From an uncultured Erysipelotrichia bacterium (GTDB taxonomy: Bacteria; Bacillota_I; Bacilli_A; JBKEDG01), in contig CAZQIG010000002.1 of NCBI GenBank assembly GCA_964593055.1, positions 28,631 to 92,630 on the forward strand: a DNA stretch of 64,000 nt. The letters are read 5' to 3'. The position numbers and the translations under genes were made by a program. Positions 28,820 to 41,905 of this stretch are shown here, piece by piece. Each line of letters opens with the position of its first letter. Position 1 is the stretch's first letter. The notes beneath the pieces were generated by a model. It was given only the letters and a program-made list of their open reading frames with translations. It searched no databases and had not been told where the DNA came from.

Positions 28820-29569
28820 TCATAAATGGAAATTTTTTAGTATTTCTATTTTTGCATGAGGTTTGATTTCAAAATGATTATCGTAGAAAGTTTCACCATC
28901 TATTTGAAATAAGCGTTCATCAGTTTTAATAGTAATATTTTTTGCTGTTGTTATAAAAATATATTTTTTAAAAAGCGGGTGTAATCCTAACTTTAAGAAA
29001 AGGATTAATAAGGGGATTAAGAGCTTATTTATATTATGAGCAATGACTATTTGTAAGTCTTCTTGCTTGAGATTGGCACTAGGTGCAATTTTAAAGCCTT
29101 TTCCAAAATATTTTCCATTTTGACATGAGCATAAGTATACATTTTGAAAAGTTTTAGTTTTTTGGTCATACTTAATTGTAAGAGAAAATGGATGGAAATT
29201 TTTCAAAGCACTGAAAATTGAACGAAAATAAGTTTTTTTATTTTTCGTATTTAGAACATGGCAAATTACGGCATCAATTCCACATCCAAAACCATTAATG
29301 AAAAAATGTTCATTAAGTTTATAGGTATAAGTTAAAATGCTGTTAGAAAAATTTCTTGCTAAGTCATTACCTGTACCGTAAGGATGTAAAATTATTTTTG
29401 ATAAGCTATATTTATTTATAAATTTGTTTAAGGTACCATCACCACCATACAAGTGAATTTCATCATTTTTTGTAAAACTATAGGAACGTTTACAAGTACT
29501 AAGATCAATCATTTCATGTGCATTTTGTGGTATTTTTTTTGCCTTTGAATTATAGAATCTGTATTTCAT
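28820..29569 (-). CDS. Lipid kinase with a DAGK catalytic domain (YegS/DgkB-like)
   Basis: LYGGDGTLNKF and HPYGTGNDLARNF. Confidence 0.5.
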   Translation of the reverse strand: MKYRFYNSKAKKIPQNAHEMIDLSTCKRSYSFTKNDEIHLYGGDGTLNKFINKYSLSKIILHPYGTGNDLARNFSNSILTYTYKLNEHFFINGFGCGIDAVICHVLNTKNKKTYFRSIFSALKNFHPFSLTIKYDQKTKTFQNVYLCSCQNGKYFGKGFKIAPSANLKQEDLQIVIAHNINKLLIPLLILFLKLGLHPLFKKYIFITTAKNITIKTDERLFQIDGETFYDNHFEIKPHAKIEILKNFHL

Positions 29570-29693
29570 ATTACAACTCCTTTAAGAACTACTAATAATT
29601 GTAACAAAAAATGGTAAAATTGAAAATAATTGTGTTATAATAATTTTATGAGAAAATGAAAGAAATACAATCTTTGAAATAGGAGTGATAACG

Positions 29694-30131
29694 ATGAAAA
29701 TAGCACTTGGAAGTGACCACGGTGGCTTTTTTTTAAAGAAAATTGTTTTAGACTATTTATTAAAAGAAGGATATGAAGTTGAGGATTGTGGCACGTATAA
29801 TGAAGAAAGTGTGACATATGCTGATTATGGTATTTTAGTCGGTGAAAAAGTAAGAGATGGGAAAGTTGATCGTGGAATTGTTATTTGTGGTAGTGGTGTA
29901 GGAATTAGTATTGCAGCTAACAAAGTTGTTGGAGTAAGGTGTGCTTTAGTTAGTGAGCCTTATTCAGCAAGGCTTTCTAGAGAGCATAATGATGCCAATG
30001 TTTTAGCATTAGGCGCGCGATTAATAGGTCCTGATATGGCTCTTGAAATTATTAAAACTTGGCTTATAACAGAATTTGAGCAAGGAAGACATGTGAAAAG
30101 GATTAAGGTGATGACAGATTATGAGGAGTGA
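29694..30131 (+). CDS. rpiB: Ribose-5-phosphate isomerase B
   Basis: [11 protein letters not shown]...[18 protein letters not shown] 29694 follows an AGGAG RBS. Confidence 0.85.
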   Translation: MKIALGSDHGGFFLKKIVLDYLLKEGYEVEDCGTYNEESVTYADYGILVGEKVRDGKVDRGIVICGSGVGISIAANKVVGVRCALVSEPYSARLSREHNDANVLALGARLIGPDMALEIIKTWLITEFEQGRHVKRIKVMTDYEE

Positions 30132-30135
30132 AAAG

Positions 30136-31365
30136 ATGGATGAGACAGTACTTAATGTTTTAAATAGTGAGTTAAAAAGACAAAGGAATAATATTGAGTT
30201 AATTGCTTCTGAAAATTTTGTTTCAAGAGAAGTAATGCAAGTTCAAGGAAGTATTTTAACTAATAAATATGCAGAAGGATATAGTGGTAAAAGGTACTAC
30301 GGTGGTTGTGAATATATTGATGTAGTAGAAGATATTGCAATTGAAAGAGTCTGTAAATTATTTGGTAGTAAATATGCTAATGTTCAACCACATTCAGGAT
30401 CATCAGCTAATATGGCAGCGATTAGAGCATTAATTAATCATGGTGATGTAGTTTTGGGAATGAAGCTTGATCATGGTGGACATTTAACACATGGGCATCC
30501 TTTAAGTTTTAGTGGTGGAGATTATACTATCTATAGTTATGGTGTTAGTTTAGTCTCAGAATTGATAGACTATTCTGAAGTTGAACGCTTGGCTTTGAAA
30601 CATAAACCTAAGTTGATTATTGCTGGTGCTAGTGCTTATACACGTGAGATAGACTTTAAAAAATTTCGTGAGATAGCTGATAAAGTTGATGCTTACTTAT
30701 TAGTTGACATGGCACATATCGCTGGTCTAGTTGCTACATCTTTACACATGAATCCTTGTCCTTATGCTGATGTTGTAACTTCTACGACACATAAAACGCT
30801 AAGAGGTCCACGTGGAGGAATAATTTTAACTAATGATGAGAAAATAGTGAAAGCTATTAATCGTGAAGTTTTTCCAGGTATTCAAGGTGGACCGTTAATG
30901 CATGTTATCGGGGCAAAAGCAGTAGCTTTTGGAGAAGCTTTGTCAATTGATTTTAAAATATATCAGGAGCGTGTTGTTGAAAATGCTAGATTTTTAGCGA
31001 GTACTTTAGAAAAATTAGGGTATCGATTAGTAAGTGGTGGAACTGATAATCATATTGTGTTAGTCGATGTAAAAAAATCGGTGCAGATGACTGGTAAAAA
31101 AGCTGAGCAGTTGTTAGATGATATAGGCATAACATGTAATAAAAACACGGTTCCTTTTGATGATGAAAAACCTTTTATTACAAGTGGAATTAGATTAGGA
31201 ACAGCTGCTATGACGACAAGGGGGTTAAATGTAGAAGATTTCATTGAAATAGCACATATTATTGATAGTACTTTAAAAGAAAAAGATACAGTTGAAAATT
31301 TACGTACTAGAGTTTTAGAAATAACGAAAAAGTATCCACTATATGAGGAGCATAAGTATGAGTAA
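30136..31365 (+). CDS. glyA: Serine hydroxymethyltransferase
   Basis: PLP site [14 protein letters not shown]. ~410 aa. Confidence 0.9.
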   Translation: MDETVLNVLNSELKRQRNNIELIASENFVSREVMQVQGSILTNKYAEGYSGKRYYGGCEYIDVVEDIAIERVCKLFGSKYANVQPHSGSSANMAAIRALINHGDVVLGMKLDHGGHLTHGHPLSFSGGDYTIYSYGVSLVSELIDYSEVERLALKHKPKLIIAGASAYTREIDFKKFREIADKVDAYLLVDMAHIAGLVATSLHMNPCPYADVVTSTTHKTLRGPRGGIILTNDEKIVKAINREVFPGIQGGPLMHVIGAKAVAFGEALSIDFKIYQERVVENARFLASTLEKLGYRLVSGGTDNHIVLVDVKKSVQMTGKKAEQLLDDIGITCNKNTVPFDDEKPFITSGIRLGTAAMTTRGLNVEDFIEIAHIIDSTLKEKDTVENLRTRVLEITKKYPLYEEHKYE

Positions 31366-31984
31366 AGTAGTAGTTTTTGATCATCCTTTGATTCATCATA
31401 AGTTGACGTATTTAAGAGATATAAATACTAAACATTTTATTTTTAAGAAGACTGTTGATGAAATTACACTATTAATGGCATATGAAGCAACGAGAAATTT
31501 AACTTTAAAGCCAAAAGATATTGAAACACCGATTGAGAAGATGACAGGAAATGTTTTAGAAAAAGAAGTTGTTATTGTACCAATATTAAGAGCTGGTCTT
31601 GGAATGGTTGAAGGTATTTTAACTTTAATTCCGACTGCAAGAACGGGGCATCTAGGTATGTTTCGTGATCCTAAAACGTTAGAACCAGTTGTTTATTATA
31701 AAAAATTTCCTGATCAAATTAAGGATGGAGCAGTTTTTGTTGTCGATCCTATGTTAGCAACAGGAGTCAGTGCTATTGAAGCAATTAAAATTGTAAAAGA
31801 ATCGGGTGCCAAAAATATTTGTTTTATGGGACTTGTTGGTTGTCCAGAAGGCGTAGAAGCACTGCATCAAGCTCATCCAGATGTACCAATTTATTTAGCA
31901 GCATTAGATGAAAAATTGAATGAGCATGCTTATATTGTACCAGGATTAGGCGATGCTGGTGATCGTTTATATGGGACAAAATAA
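31358..31984 (+). CDS. upp: Uracil phosphoribosyltransferase
   Basis: [17 protein letters not shown]...[12 protein letters not shown]. Confidence 0.9.
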   Translation: MSKVVVFDHPLIHHKLTYLRDINTKHFIFKKTVDEITLLMAYEATRNLTLKPKDIETPIEKMTGNVLEKEVVIVPILRAGLGMVEGILTLIPTARTGHLGMFRDPKTLEPVVYYKKFPDQIKDGAVFVVDPMLATGVSAIEAIKIVKESGAKNICFMGLVGCPEGVEALHQAHPDVPIYLAALDEKLNEHAYIVPGLGDAGDRLYGTK

Positions 31985-32162
31985 AATTAGTAAGCTTTTA
32001 ATTTTACCATCTGTTTTTATCGGTGATATTTTTGGGCTAACTTTTGTAGGTTATTTATTGAGAAACTATTTTGGTAGAGTATCAATTTTTATTGGGTTGT
32101 TACTAGGAATTAGTTTAGGTTTTTATCATATGTATTTTTTGGTGAAAAAATATGAGCAATAA
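31953..32162 (+). CDS. Small membrane protein upstream of atpI (AtpZ-like?)
   Basis: 69 aa, 2 TM, overlaps the upp end. Position only. Confidence 0.3.
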   Translation: MLVIVYMGQNKISKLLILPSVFIGDIFGLTFVGYLLRNYFGRVSIFIGLLLGISLGFYHMYFLVKKYEQ

Positions 32163-32529
32163 AGAATTTTATTTACGAGCTTCCATAGTTCAGTTTGCGA
32201 TGTTATTGCTTGTTAGTGGTATTGCTATTTTTAGTAGCAATTTCGAGTTAATTATTAGCTATCTTTGTGGGATTGTGATTAGTCATATTAGTTTTTTACT
32301 TGTCTATTATAGTATGAATTATATTTATGAAAAAATTTATTATAAGGCAGGAGCAAAGAAGTTTGCAATATTTAGTTACTTTATTAGATTTGCATTATAT
32401 GCCATTTTGATATATATTAGTTTTAAGCTATTTACAGTTAATAATTGGAATGTATTCTTTTTTATAATTGGGATCGGAAGCTTAGATGGGTATATTTATT
32501 TAGTGAATATTTTTAAAGGAGGTGATTAG
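32152..32529 (+). CDS. atpI: ATP synthase protein I-like membrane protein
   Basis: 125 aa, 4 TM, immediately upstream of atpB. Confidence 0.45.
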   Translation: MSNKEFYLRASIVQFAMLLLVSGIAIFSSNFELIISYLCGIVISHISFLLVYYSMNYIYEKIYYKAGAKKFAIFSYFIRFALYAILIYISFKLFTVNNWNVFFFIIGIGSLDGYIYLVNIFKGGD

Positions 32530-33184
32530 TATTGGAATAGAGCTTAAATTATTTGGGGTTGAGTTTTCTGAAACGGTTGCAGCATCGTTTCTAATTGTGT
32601 TATTTTTAACGATAATTTTAATGATTATGAGTTATAAAATTAAGCGAGCCAATCCTGAAGAAAAATCACGTGGATTAGTTTTAATTGGGCAGTTAATCGT
32701 GGAGTCAGTTGAAGGATTAGTCGTTTCTAGTGCTGGTGAAAAAAATAAGTTTTTATCACCGTATATTGCATCATTAATTATATTTTTAGTATTTGCCAAT
32801 CTTTCAGGATTATTAGGGATTACTCCACCGACTTCTGATTACAATGTTACATTAGGATTAGCGCTTATTACGGCAGTACTAATCCATGCGAATAAAATTC
32901 GCAATATAAAATTATCGGGTTATGTGAAAGGTTACTTTGAACCTGTAGCATTCATGTTGCCACTAAATTTGTTAGAAGTTGTGACAGTACCACTTTCGAT
33001 GTCATTTCGTTTATTTGGAAACATTTTGGCAGGAGTTATTATCATGAGTATTGTCTATTCTAGTTTAGCATTTTTTACACCATTAATAGCACCATTTTTT
33101 CACGGTTATTTTGATATATTTGCAGGTTTAGCGCAAACTATCGTATTTACTTTACTAACGATTATTTATGTTGGTGGAGAATAA
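32522..33184 (+). CDS. atpB: F0 ATP synthase subunit a
   Basis: The conserved Arg helix ...SFRLFGNILAG... Confidence 0.85.
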   Translation: MISIGIELKLFGVEFSETVAASFLIVLFLTIILMIMSYKIKRANPEEKSRGLVLIGQLIVESVEGLVVSSAGEKNKFLSPYIASLIIFLVFANLSGLLGITPPTSDYNVTLGLALITAVLIHANKIRNIKLSGYVKGYFEPVAFMLPLNLLEVVTVPLSMSFRLFGNILAGVIIMSIVYSSLAFFTPLIAPFFHGYFDIFAGLAQTIVFTLLTIIYVGGE

Positions 33185-33189
33185 TTTAA

Positions 33190-33459
<270 letters not shown>

Positions 33460-33471
33460 GCGGGGTTTATT

Positions 33472-33969
33472 GTGGAAAATTTTGAAATAAATTTAATTCC
33501 ACAGTGGAGCTCATTAATTCTACAATGGGTTTCTACATTAATACTTTTTTTAGCTATTCGTCATTTTCTATGGAAACCGATGAAAATATTTTTAGCTAAA
33601 AGAGAAGAGTTGAGTATTGAAAATTTAGAAAAAGCGAAAAGTTTAAATAACAATGCTGAAAATAATTTTGATAAGAGTAAACAAGTTTTAAGTGATGCGA
33701 GAAAAGAAGCTGTAGAAATTGTTTCTGATTCTAAGTTAGCAGCTAATAAAGTTCATGATAGTATTATTGAAAATGCTCAAAAAGAAGTGAATATTTTGAA
33801 GCGAAACAATGTTGAAGCAATTGCACGTGAAAAGCAGAAATTCGAGTCTAGTTTAAAACAACAAGTAATTGATATTTCTTTAGAAGCAGCAGCTAAAGTT
33901 GTTGAACGTGAGCTAAAAGAGAATGATCATCGTGAGTTTATTGAAAACTTTGTGGAGAAGACGTACTAA
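33472..33969 (+). CDS. atpF: F0 ATP synthase subunit b
   Basis: N-terminal TM plus a long charged coiled coil. GTG start. Confidence 0.8.
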   Translation: MENFEINLIPQWSSLILQWVSTLILFLAIRHFLWKPMKIFLAKREELSIENLEKAKSLNNNAENNFDKSKQVLSDARKEAVEIVSDSKLAANKVHDSIIENAQKEVNILKRNNVEAIAREKQKFESSLKQQVIDISLEAAAKVVERELKENDHREFIENFVEKTY

Positions 33970-34496
33970 TGGCTGTTGCACATAATTATGCAAATGCTCT
34001 TTTTGAACTTAGCGTTGAAAAAGATTGTGTTGTTAGTTATTATAATGAATTAAAAATTATTGAAAGCGTTTTTACTGAAGATTTATTTAAGTTTTTTGTT
34101 CATCCAGCGATTCATCGTAGTGAAAAATTTTCAGTATGTCAAGATATTTTCCAAGTTTTTTCCAAAGATATTTTACATTTTTTACTACTTGTAATTGAAA
34201 AAGATCGTATTCATGATTTAAAGGAGATGTTTTTAAATTATGAGGAAATATATAATCATTTTCAAAATATTTATGTTGCTGATATTTATACAGTAATACC
34301 TTTAGAACAAGAACAAGTTGTTAATTTGGAAAAAGTATTGAGTGTAAAGTTAGAGAAGAACTTAAAATTAAATAATATTGTTGACAAGTCAATTCTTGGT
34401 GGAATGAAAATAATAGTTGATAATAAAGTTTATAATTATAGTATTGAAAATAAGTTAGAACAGTTAAAAGAAGATTTATTGTCATTTGATTCATAA
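33969..34496 (+). CDS. atpH: F1 ATP synthase subunit delta
   Basis: MAVAHNYANALFELS...; 175 aa. Confidence 0.75.
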   Translation: MAVAHNYANALFELSVEKDCVVSYYNELKIIESVFTEDLFKFFVHPAIHRSEKFSVCQDIFQVFSKDILHFLLLVIEKDRIHDLKEMFLNYEEIYNHFQNIYVADIYTVIPLEQEQVVNLEKVLSVKLEKNLKLNNIVDKSILGGMKIIVDNKVYNYSIENKLEQLKEDLLSFDS

Positions 34497-34510
34497 AGTG
34501 AGGTGAGGTA

Positions 34511-36037
34511 ATGAAAGTAAAACCAGAAGAAATAAGTTCGGTTATTAAGGCACGAATAAAAGATTATGAAAATAAAATTACAAAAGATGATGTTGGTTCT
34601 GTAATTCAAATAGGTGATGGAATTGCCCTAGTTTATGGTCTAGAAGAAGTAATGGCTAATGAAGTTTTAGAGTTTCCAAATAATATTTTTGGAATTGCGC
34701 TTAATTTAGAAGAAGATCATGTTGGGGTTGTTTTGATGGGTGATGATCAAAAGATTAAAGAAGGCGATCTTGTTAAGAGAACAAAACGTATTATTGAAGT
34801 ACCTGTAGGTGATAAGTTGATTGGTCGCGTTGTTAATGCTTTAGGTCAGCCAATTGATGGTAATGGTTTAATTGAAACTTCTAAATATCGTCCAGTAGAA
34901 AGAGTTGCGCCAGGTGTTATGACGAGAAAAAGTGTTAGCGTACCACTACAAACAGGAATTAAGGCAATTGATAGTATGATTCCTATTGGTAGGGGACAGC
35001 GTGAACTAATTATCGGCGATCGTCAAACGGGTAAAACAGCAATTGCTATTGATACGATTTTAAATCAAAAAGGTTTAGATGTTATTTGTGTTTATGTTGC
35101 AATTGGTCAAAAAAATTCGACTGTAGCACAAATTGTAGATAAACTTTCTAGTGCAGGGGCTTTAGAATATACGATAGTTGTTTCTAGTAGTGCAAGTGAA
35201 TCAGCACCTTTACAATATATTGCACCTTATGCAGGTTGTGCAATGGCTGAAGAATTCATGGAGCAAGGAAAAGATGTTTTAATAGTTTATGATGATTTAA
35301 GTAAACATGCGGTTGCCTATCGTACGTTATCACTACTTTTAAGAAGGCCACCTGGAAGAGAAGCTTATCCAGGAGATGTGTTCTATTTACATTCCCGCTT
35401 ATTAGAAAGAAGTGCACGTTTGAATGAACATTATGGTGGTGGTTCTATTACGGCACTACCAATTATTGAAACACTAGCAGGAGATTTAAGTGCTTATATT
35501 CCAACAAATGTTATCTCGATTACTGATGGTCAAATATTTTTAATTGAGCAGTTGTTCAATTCTGGTCAAAGACCAGCCGTTGATGCTGGACTTTCAGTTT
35601 CACGTGTTGGTGGCTCAGCACAAATTAAAGCGATGAAGCAAGTTAGTGGTAGTTTGAAATTAGAGTTAGCACAATATAAAGAACTAGAAGCTTTTTCACA
35701 GTTTGGATCTGATTTAGATGAGGCTACGACAAAAGTACTTGAGCATGGTAAGCGTGTTTTAGAAATTTTAAAACAGCATCAATACGAACCGATGGATGTT
35801 TTTGATCAAATTATTAGCTTATTTGCAGTAAAGCACCGCTACATTAGTAAGATTGATTTAGGTGATATTAAGGCATATGAAGAAGCGTTAGTTGAACACT
35901 TCAATACGGTAGCTATAGATATACGTAATAAATTAGTTGATGAAAAAGCGATTAGTGATGAATTAGAAAAAGTTTTACAGATAGAAGTTTCACAATTTAC
36001 AGATGATTTTGTTAAAAATCGTGAGGTTATGAAGTAA
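34511..36037 (+). CDS. atpA: F1 ATP synthase subunit alpha
   Basis: P-loop GDRQTGKT. 508 aa. Confidence 0.95.
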   Translation: MKVKPEEISSVIKARIKDYENKITKDDVGSVIQIGDGIALVYGLEEVMANEVLEFPNNIFGIALNLEEDHVGVVLMGDDQKIKEGDLVKRTKRIIEVPVGDKLIGRVVNALGQPIDGNGLIETSKYRPVERVAPGVMTRKSVSVPLQTGIKAIDSMIPIGRGQRELIIGDRQTGKTAIAIDTILNQKGLDVICVYVAIGQKNSTVAQIVDKLSSAGALEYTIVVSSSASESAPLQYIAPYAGCAMAEEFMEQGKDVLIVYDDLSKHAVAYRTLSLLLRRPPGREAYPGDVFYLHSRLLERSARLNEHYGGGSITALPIIETLAGDLSAYIPTNVISITDGQIFLIEQLFNSGQRPAVDAGLSVSRVGGSAQIKAMKQVSGSLKLELAQYKELEAFSQFGSDLDEATTKVLEHGKRVLEILKQHQYEPMDVFDQIISLFAVKHRYISKIDLGDIKAYEEALVEHFNTVAIDIRNKLVDEKAISDELEKVLQIEVSQFTDDFVKNREVMK

Positions 36038-36843
36038 TGTCTTCACTACAGCAAACAACTAGTCGTATTAATTCTATAACGTCTACAAAAAAGATTACAA
36101 ATGCGATGAAGCTCGTAGCAACAGCTAAGTTACGAACTGCACGAATTAATTATGAGCAAGGAATACCTTATGCAACAACCGTTGAAAAAGTGATGAATTC
36201 TGTTTCACGTATTATGGAAGCTGATAAATACTGTATGATGCGTGATGAAGGTGTTGATTTATATATCGTAATTAGTTCAGAATTAGGGCTTTGTGGTGCT
36301 TATAATTTAAATATGTTTAAATTAGTACCTACTGATGTTAAGCTTGTTTTATTAGGTAAACAAGCTACTACACACTTTAAAAATCATGATGTTTTATATG
36401 AAAAAACTGGTATTACTGATCAACCAAATATTGATGATTTAAGGGCTATCTCAGCCAAAATTTTCAAAATGTATGATAATCATGAATTAAGAAGTGTTAA
36501 CATCGTATATACGAAATACCTTTCTTCAATTTCTTTTGAGCCGACAGTAGAACGAATATTTCCTTTTTCACGAAGTGGTGAAGCGAAAAAAAATGTTGAG
36601 TTTGAACCGAATGAACAAGGTATTTTACAATATACAGTACCGAGGTATTTATTGACAAAGATGACACTGTTAATGTTGGAGTCACTTGTTAGCGAATATG
36701 CTAGTCGTAGATTAGCAATGGAAAATGCTACTGATAATGCTAATGAATTAATTGAACAGTTAATGTTAGAGAAAAATCGTGCTCGACAAGCAGCAATTAC
36801 ACAAGAAATATCAGAAATAATTGCTGGTGCTGAAGCACTTTAA
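36037..36843 (+). CDS. atpG: F1 ATP synthase subunit gamma
   Basis: 268 aa with C-terminal ...ITQEISEIIAGAEAL. Confidence 0.9.
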   Translation: MSSLQQTTSRINSITSTKKITNAMKLVATAKLRTARINYEQGIPYATTVEKVMNSVSRIMEADKYCMMRDEGVDLYIVISSELGLCGAYNLNMFKLVPTDVKLVLLGKQATTHFKNHDVLYEKTGITDQPNIDDLRAISAKIFKMYDNHELRSVNIVYTKYLSSISFEPTVERIFPFSRSGEAKKNVEFEPNEQGILQYTVPRYLLTKMTLLMLESLVSEYASRRLAMENATDNANELIEQLMLEKNRARQAAITQEISEIIAGAEAL

Positions 36844-38241
<1,398 letters not shown>

Positions 38242-38245
38242 GTGT

Positions 38246-38596
38246 TTGATGTTTAATTTAAAAATAGTTACACCACAAAAAGAATTTTTTAATGATGAGA
38301 TTATTGAGTTAGTACTTAGAAGTTCTGAAGGAGATTTTGCTATTTTAAGTAATCATGTTGATAAAATTGCTAAAATTGTCTTTAGTGCAGGAATGATTAA
38401 AACTCCATCAGGTGAACGTTTTTTTACAACTTCTGGTGGAATGTTTACAATGTTTGATAATGAGGCTGTTTTGTTATCTAATCATTTAAAATGGGAAGAG
38501 ATTACTAAAAAAGATTTAGTAAGTCATAATGATAAGCTTTTAAAAATTAATAATCCTGTTGAAATCATTGAGTATTTTAGTCATGAAAATAGTTGA
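38246..38596 (+). CDS. atpC: F1 ATP synthase subunit epsilon
   Basis: 116 aa, MMFNLKIVTPQKEFF... Confidence 0.85.
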   Translation: MMFNLKIVTPQKEFFNDEIIELVLRSSEGDFAILSNHVDKIAKIVFSAGMIKTPSGERFFTTSGGMFTMFDNEAVLLSNHLKWEEITKKDLVSHNDKLLKINNPVEIIEYFSHENS

Positions 38597-38780
38597 TGCA
38601 ATTGTTTTTTTGATGTGTACGGTTTTTGCTTTTTATAGTTTAGAAGGAATTGATTTTAAAATTTTTGCAAAAAAAAACCGTAATCGTCAAATTATGGCCT
38701 TCTATATTATGTTAGGACTTGTTTTTTCGGGATTGTTAATGAGCTTTTATTTACTAGCAAAAAATTATTTAATTTTTTAA
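38559..38780 (+). CDS. Small 2-TM membrane protein overlapping the atpC 3' end
   Basis: 73 aa, hydrophobic, ends 3 nt before a bidirectional terminator. Could be spurious. Confidence 0.25.
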   Translation: MKSLSILVMKIVDAIVFLMCTVFAFYSLEGIDFKIFAKKNRNRQIMAFYIMLGLVFSGLLMSFYLLAKNYLIF

Positions 38781-38805
38781 GAACAATTAATTTGTTCTTT
38801 TTTTA
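38781..38805. terminator. Bidirectional terminator (atp operon on +, yigZ on -)
   Basis: GAACAA-ttaat-TTGTTC flanked by A- and T-tracts. Confidence 0.5.
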
Positions 38806-39396
38806 TTAGATTTTTTTTATTAACGCAGTATTTTTTGTCAATTCTACAATTTTTTCAATAATAGAAAGATTGTTTTGACTCAAAGATATTTCATATACGA
38901 CAAAATCATAAAAATGCTTTTTTAAAATTTCTCCCTCATATATATCAATAAGATAATTAATTTGATCTGTATACTGATATGAAAAACTAATTTCGTACTT
39001 GAAAAATTCTTGGTGTACAATTAGTTCAGCAATGTTTAAAACTTCTGTTGTACTATTAGCATATGCTCTAATTAATCCGCCAGCACCTAATTTGACACCA
39101 CCAAAATAACGTGTTACAATGCACAGTATATTATCAAGTTCATTTTGCAGTAAAGTGTTTAAAATAGGGTAACCAGCAGTACGTGTAGGCTCCCCATCAT
39201 CATTATATTTTTGTACTGATTGGTTTTGTAAGACGTAGGCATAACAGTTATGTGTTGCATGAAAGTGTTCCTTGTTTACATCCGCTATGATTTTATCTAC
39301 TTCTTCAATATTTTGAACAGGAAAAATTTGTGCAATAAAACTTGATTTTTTTATAATAGTTGTTTTAGAATAAGGTCTTGTAATTGTTTTATACAT
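38806..39396 (-). CDS. yigZ: IMPACT/YigZ family protein
   Basis: HNCYAYVL...DDGEPTRTAGYPIL. Confidence 0.75.
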   Translation of the reverse strand: MYKTITRPYSKTTIIKKSSFIAQIFPVQNIEEVDKIIADVNKEHFHATHNCYAYVLQNQSVQKYNDDGEPTRTAGYPILNTLLQNELDNILCIVTRYFGGVKLGAGGLIRAYANSTTEVLNIAELIVHQEFFKYEISFSYQYTDQINYLIDIYEGEILKKHFYDFVVYEISLSQNNLSIIEKIVELTKNTALIKKI

Positions 39397-39461
39397 TTTA
39401 TCACCACGTACATTGTATAATAAGTTGAGCTTAAAAGCAACGAATAAAATAGGAGGTTCTT

Positions 39462-40298
39462 ATGAGTTCAATTGGAATTATTACTGTAAGTAGTGCATAT
39501 TTGAGTGAAACGAAATTAAAAGAAAATAATATTGGTGTTGTTGATTTAAATATTGTTTACGATGATAAAAGTGTTAAAGAAACTGAGCTATTAAATAATG
39601 AGTTGTTTACTTTGATAGATTCGGGTGTTTTAGTTAAAACTTCACAACCATCACCGGCACAGTATTTAGAAGTGATTGAAAGTATTGCCCATTTGTATGA
39701 TAAAATTATTATTGTGGTTATTTCTAAGGAATTAAGTGGTGCATATAATTCTGCTTTAATAGCTAGTGAACTTTATGAAGGTGATTTAGAAATTTCGGTG
39801 ATTGATTCAAAAACGGCGGCTTTAGGTACAGAGTATGTTATTGATGAAATACTAGAAGATGTTGAAAAGGGTGTATCTTTTGAAAATATTTTAAGTAGTG
39901 CAAGAGAGTTTACATCTAAGTTAAAAACTTTTTTAGTTATTGATGATTTGAGCATTTTAGTGCAAAGTGGGCGTCTTAAAATATCACAGTTAGTTATAGG
40001 AAATTTGTTAAAAATTAAGCCATTATTAAAGTTAAACAGTGGAAAAATAGAAATTTTTAAAAAAATTCGCACACAGAAGAAAGTTTATGATAAAATAGTA
40101 GAGCTGATTTATAATGATAATTTAGAAAATAAAGTGCGTAAAGTATATATTACATATGCTATAAAAAAAGAATATGCTTTAAGTTTAAAAAAGAGTATCT
40201 TAGAAAAAATATCTGATGTAGAGGTTATCATATGTGAGCCGATAGGACCTGTATTATCAGTGCACTTAGGTAGGGGAGGTATTGGAGTAAGTTGGTAA
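39462..40298 (+). CDS. DegV family fatty-acid-binding protein
   Basis: 278 aa; DegV fold motifs (IGIITVSSAYL..., SQPSPAQY). Confidence 0.8.
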   Translation: MSSIGIITVSSAYLSETKLKENNIGVVDLNIVYDDKSVKETELLNNELFTLIDSGVLVKTSQPSPAQYLEVIESIAHLYDKIIIVVISKELSGAYNSALIASELYEGDLEISVIDSKTAALGTEYVIDEILEDVEKGVSFENILSSAREFTSKLKTFLVIDDLSILVQSGRLKISQLVIGNLLKIKPLLKLNSGKIEIFKKIRTQKKVYDKIVELIYNDNLENKVRKVYITYAIKKEYALSLKKSILEKISDVEVIICEPIGPVLSVHLGRGGIGVSW

Positions 40299-41155
40299 AT
40301 AATGACAAAAAAATTGCTGTTGTAACAGATTCAACAGCAGGAATAAAAAAAGATAATGATGAATCAATTATAGTTATTCCACTGAGTTTTATTTTTGGTG
40401 AAGATGTTTTTTTAGATGGTGTTAATATAAACAGTCATGAATTTTTTGATATTGCTGAAAAGTATTTTCATGAAAAAAATATTTTGCCTAAAACATCGCA
40501 ACCATCAATCGGTGCAACAATTGATGCATTTGCAGAAATTTTAAAAGATTATGATGAAATTATTTATATTACGATTAGTTCAGAGATGAGTGGAACTTAT
40601 CAAAGTGGAGTCTTAGCAGCAAATGAGTTTCCAAATCGTGTACATGTAATTGATTCACGAACTACTGTTGCGATGCAAGCAGATTTAGCAAGGTTTGCCT
40701 TAAAACTAGTTAATCAAGGGATGGATAGTCAAAAAATTGTTGAAAAATTAGAAGCTGTTAAAGGAAATTGCGAAGTGTATTTTGTCGTAAATTCTTTAGA
40801 GCATCTTCATCGTACGGGAAGAATCAGCAAAATGTCAATGCAATTAGGCTCATTTTTAAAGTTGAAACCAGTACTTACAATAACTGATGGAAGTGTTGTT
40901 GTAGATGAGAAAATACGTACGATTAAAAAAGCACATTTAGCGTTAGTCGATAAAGTTGCTAAAATGAAAGTTAACGACAAAACGGTAATAACTGTTTTAG
41001 ATGCTAAAGCAGATGAATACTGTGAGATGCTTCAAAAGCAAGTTAGTGAACTTTTCTCAGAAAAAGAGATTTATAAAGCTGATATTAGTCCGGTAATTGC
41101 TGTAAATACAGGCCCAAAAATCATTGGGGTAACAGTTACTAATTACGAAGAATAA
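40292..41155 (+). CDS. DegV family fatty-acid-binding protein (tandem paralog)
   Basis: 287 aa; IAVVTDSTAGI..., TSQPSIGA. Confidence 0.8.
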   Translation: MVNNDKKIAVVTDSTAGIKKDNDESIIVIPLSFIFGEDVFLDGVNINSHEFFDIAEKYFHEKNILPKTSQPSIGATIDAFAEILKDYDEIIYITISSEMSGTYQSGVLAANEFPNRVHVIDSRTTVAMQADLARFALKLVNQGMDSQKIVEKLEAVKGNCEVYFVVNSLEHLHRTGRISKMSMQLGSFLKLKPVLTITDGSVVVDEKIRTIKKAHLALVDKVAKMKVNDKTVITVLDAKADEYCEMLQKQVSELFSEKEIYKADISPVIAVNTGPKIIGVTVTNYEE

Positions 41156-41183
41156 AAAGTAGACTTAGTGTCTACTTTTTTTA
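41153..41183. terminator. Bidirectional terminator
   Basis: AGTAGAC-ttagt-GTCTACT followed by TTTTTTT, with an A-tract upstream. Confidence 0.55.
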
Positions 41184-41825
41184 TCTAACAAAATTCATCA
41201 TTACTTTTTCTACATGTGCTGGAGCTTTAACTGTAGATTCGTTTAAAACACGCATCAAATAGCCCATATTAGCACCTAAAACTTCCATAATTTGCATACC
41301 TTCAAGATCTTGTTCATATTCGCCTTTAGCAGCTCCGTGGATAATATTCCAGTAATTAGCCGATGGGATAAACATTTCTGCATAATTTAAGTATTTATTT
41401 AAACTATCAAAAGTTGTACTCCCACCACTTCTTCTAACAGCTACAAGACTAGCTCCAACTTTATGGCGTAAAAAATTACCATTAGCTGCTGAAACGTAAA
41501 AAACGCGGTCTAAAACATTTTTAATTTGCCCACTAACGCCAGCAAAATAAACAGGAGAAGCAAGAATCAAACCATCAGCTTCATTAATTTTTGCGATTAA
41601 GTTATTGACTAATTCATCTTTAAGCACACATTTTAAATCTCGTTTCAAAAAACATTTCCCACATGCCGTACATCCAGAAAGAGGCTTTTTACCTACGTGA
41701 ATAATTTCTGTTTCGATATCATATTCTTCTAATTTTTTAGCTACTACTTGAATAGCATTATAAGTATTACCTTTTTTACGCGGACTTCCATTAATAGCGA
41801 TTACTTTCATGATTTTCTCCTTCAT
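41181..41825 (-). CDS. Flavodoxin-like NADPH-dependent FMN reductase / iron-sulfur flavoprotein
   Basis: MKVIAINGSPRKKGNT plus Cys cluster SGCTACGKC. Confidence 0.65.
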   Translation of the reverse strand: MKEKIMKVIAINGSPRKKGNTYNAIQVVAKKLEEYDIETEIIHVGKKPLSGCTACGKCFLKRDLKCVLKDELVNNLIAKINEADGLILASPVYFAGVSGQIKNVLDRVFYVSAANGNFLRHKVGASLVAVRRSGGSTTFDSLNKYLNYAEMFIPSANYWNIIHGAAKGEYEQDLEGMQIMEVLGANMGYLMRVLNESTVKAPAHVEKVMMNFVR

Positions 41826-41905
41826 ATCATAGATTTATGTTAGCATAGCATATTAATTTATGATTGTCTATGCCAAATAAAAAGTAACCACTTAGGTTAC
41901 TTTTA

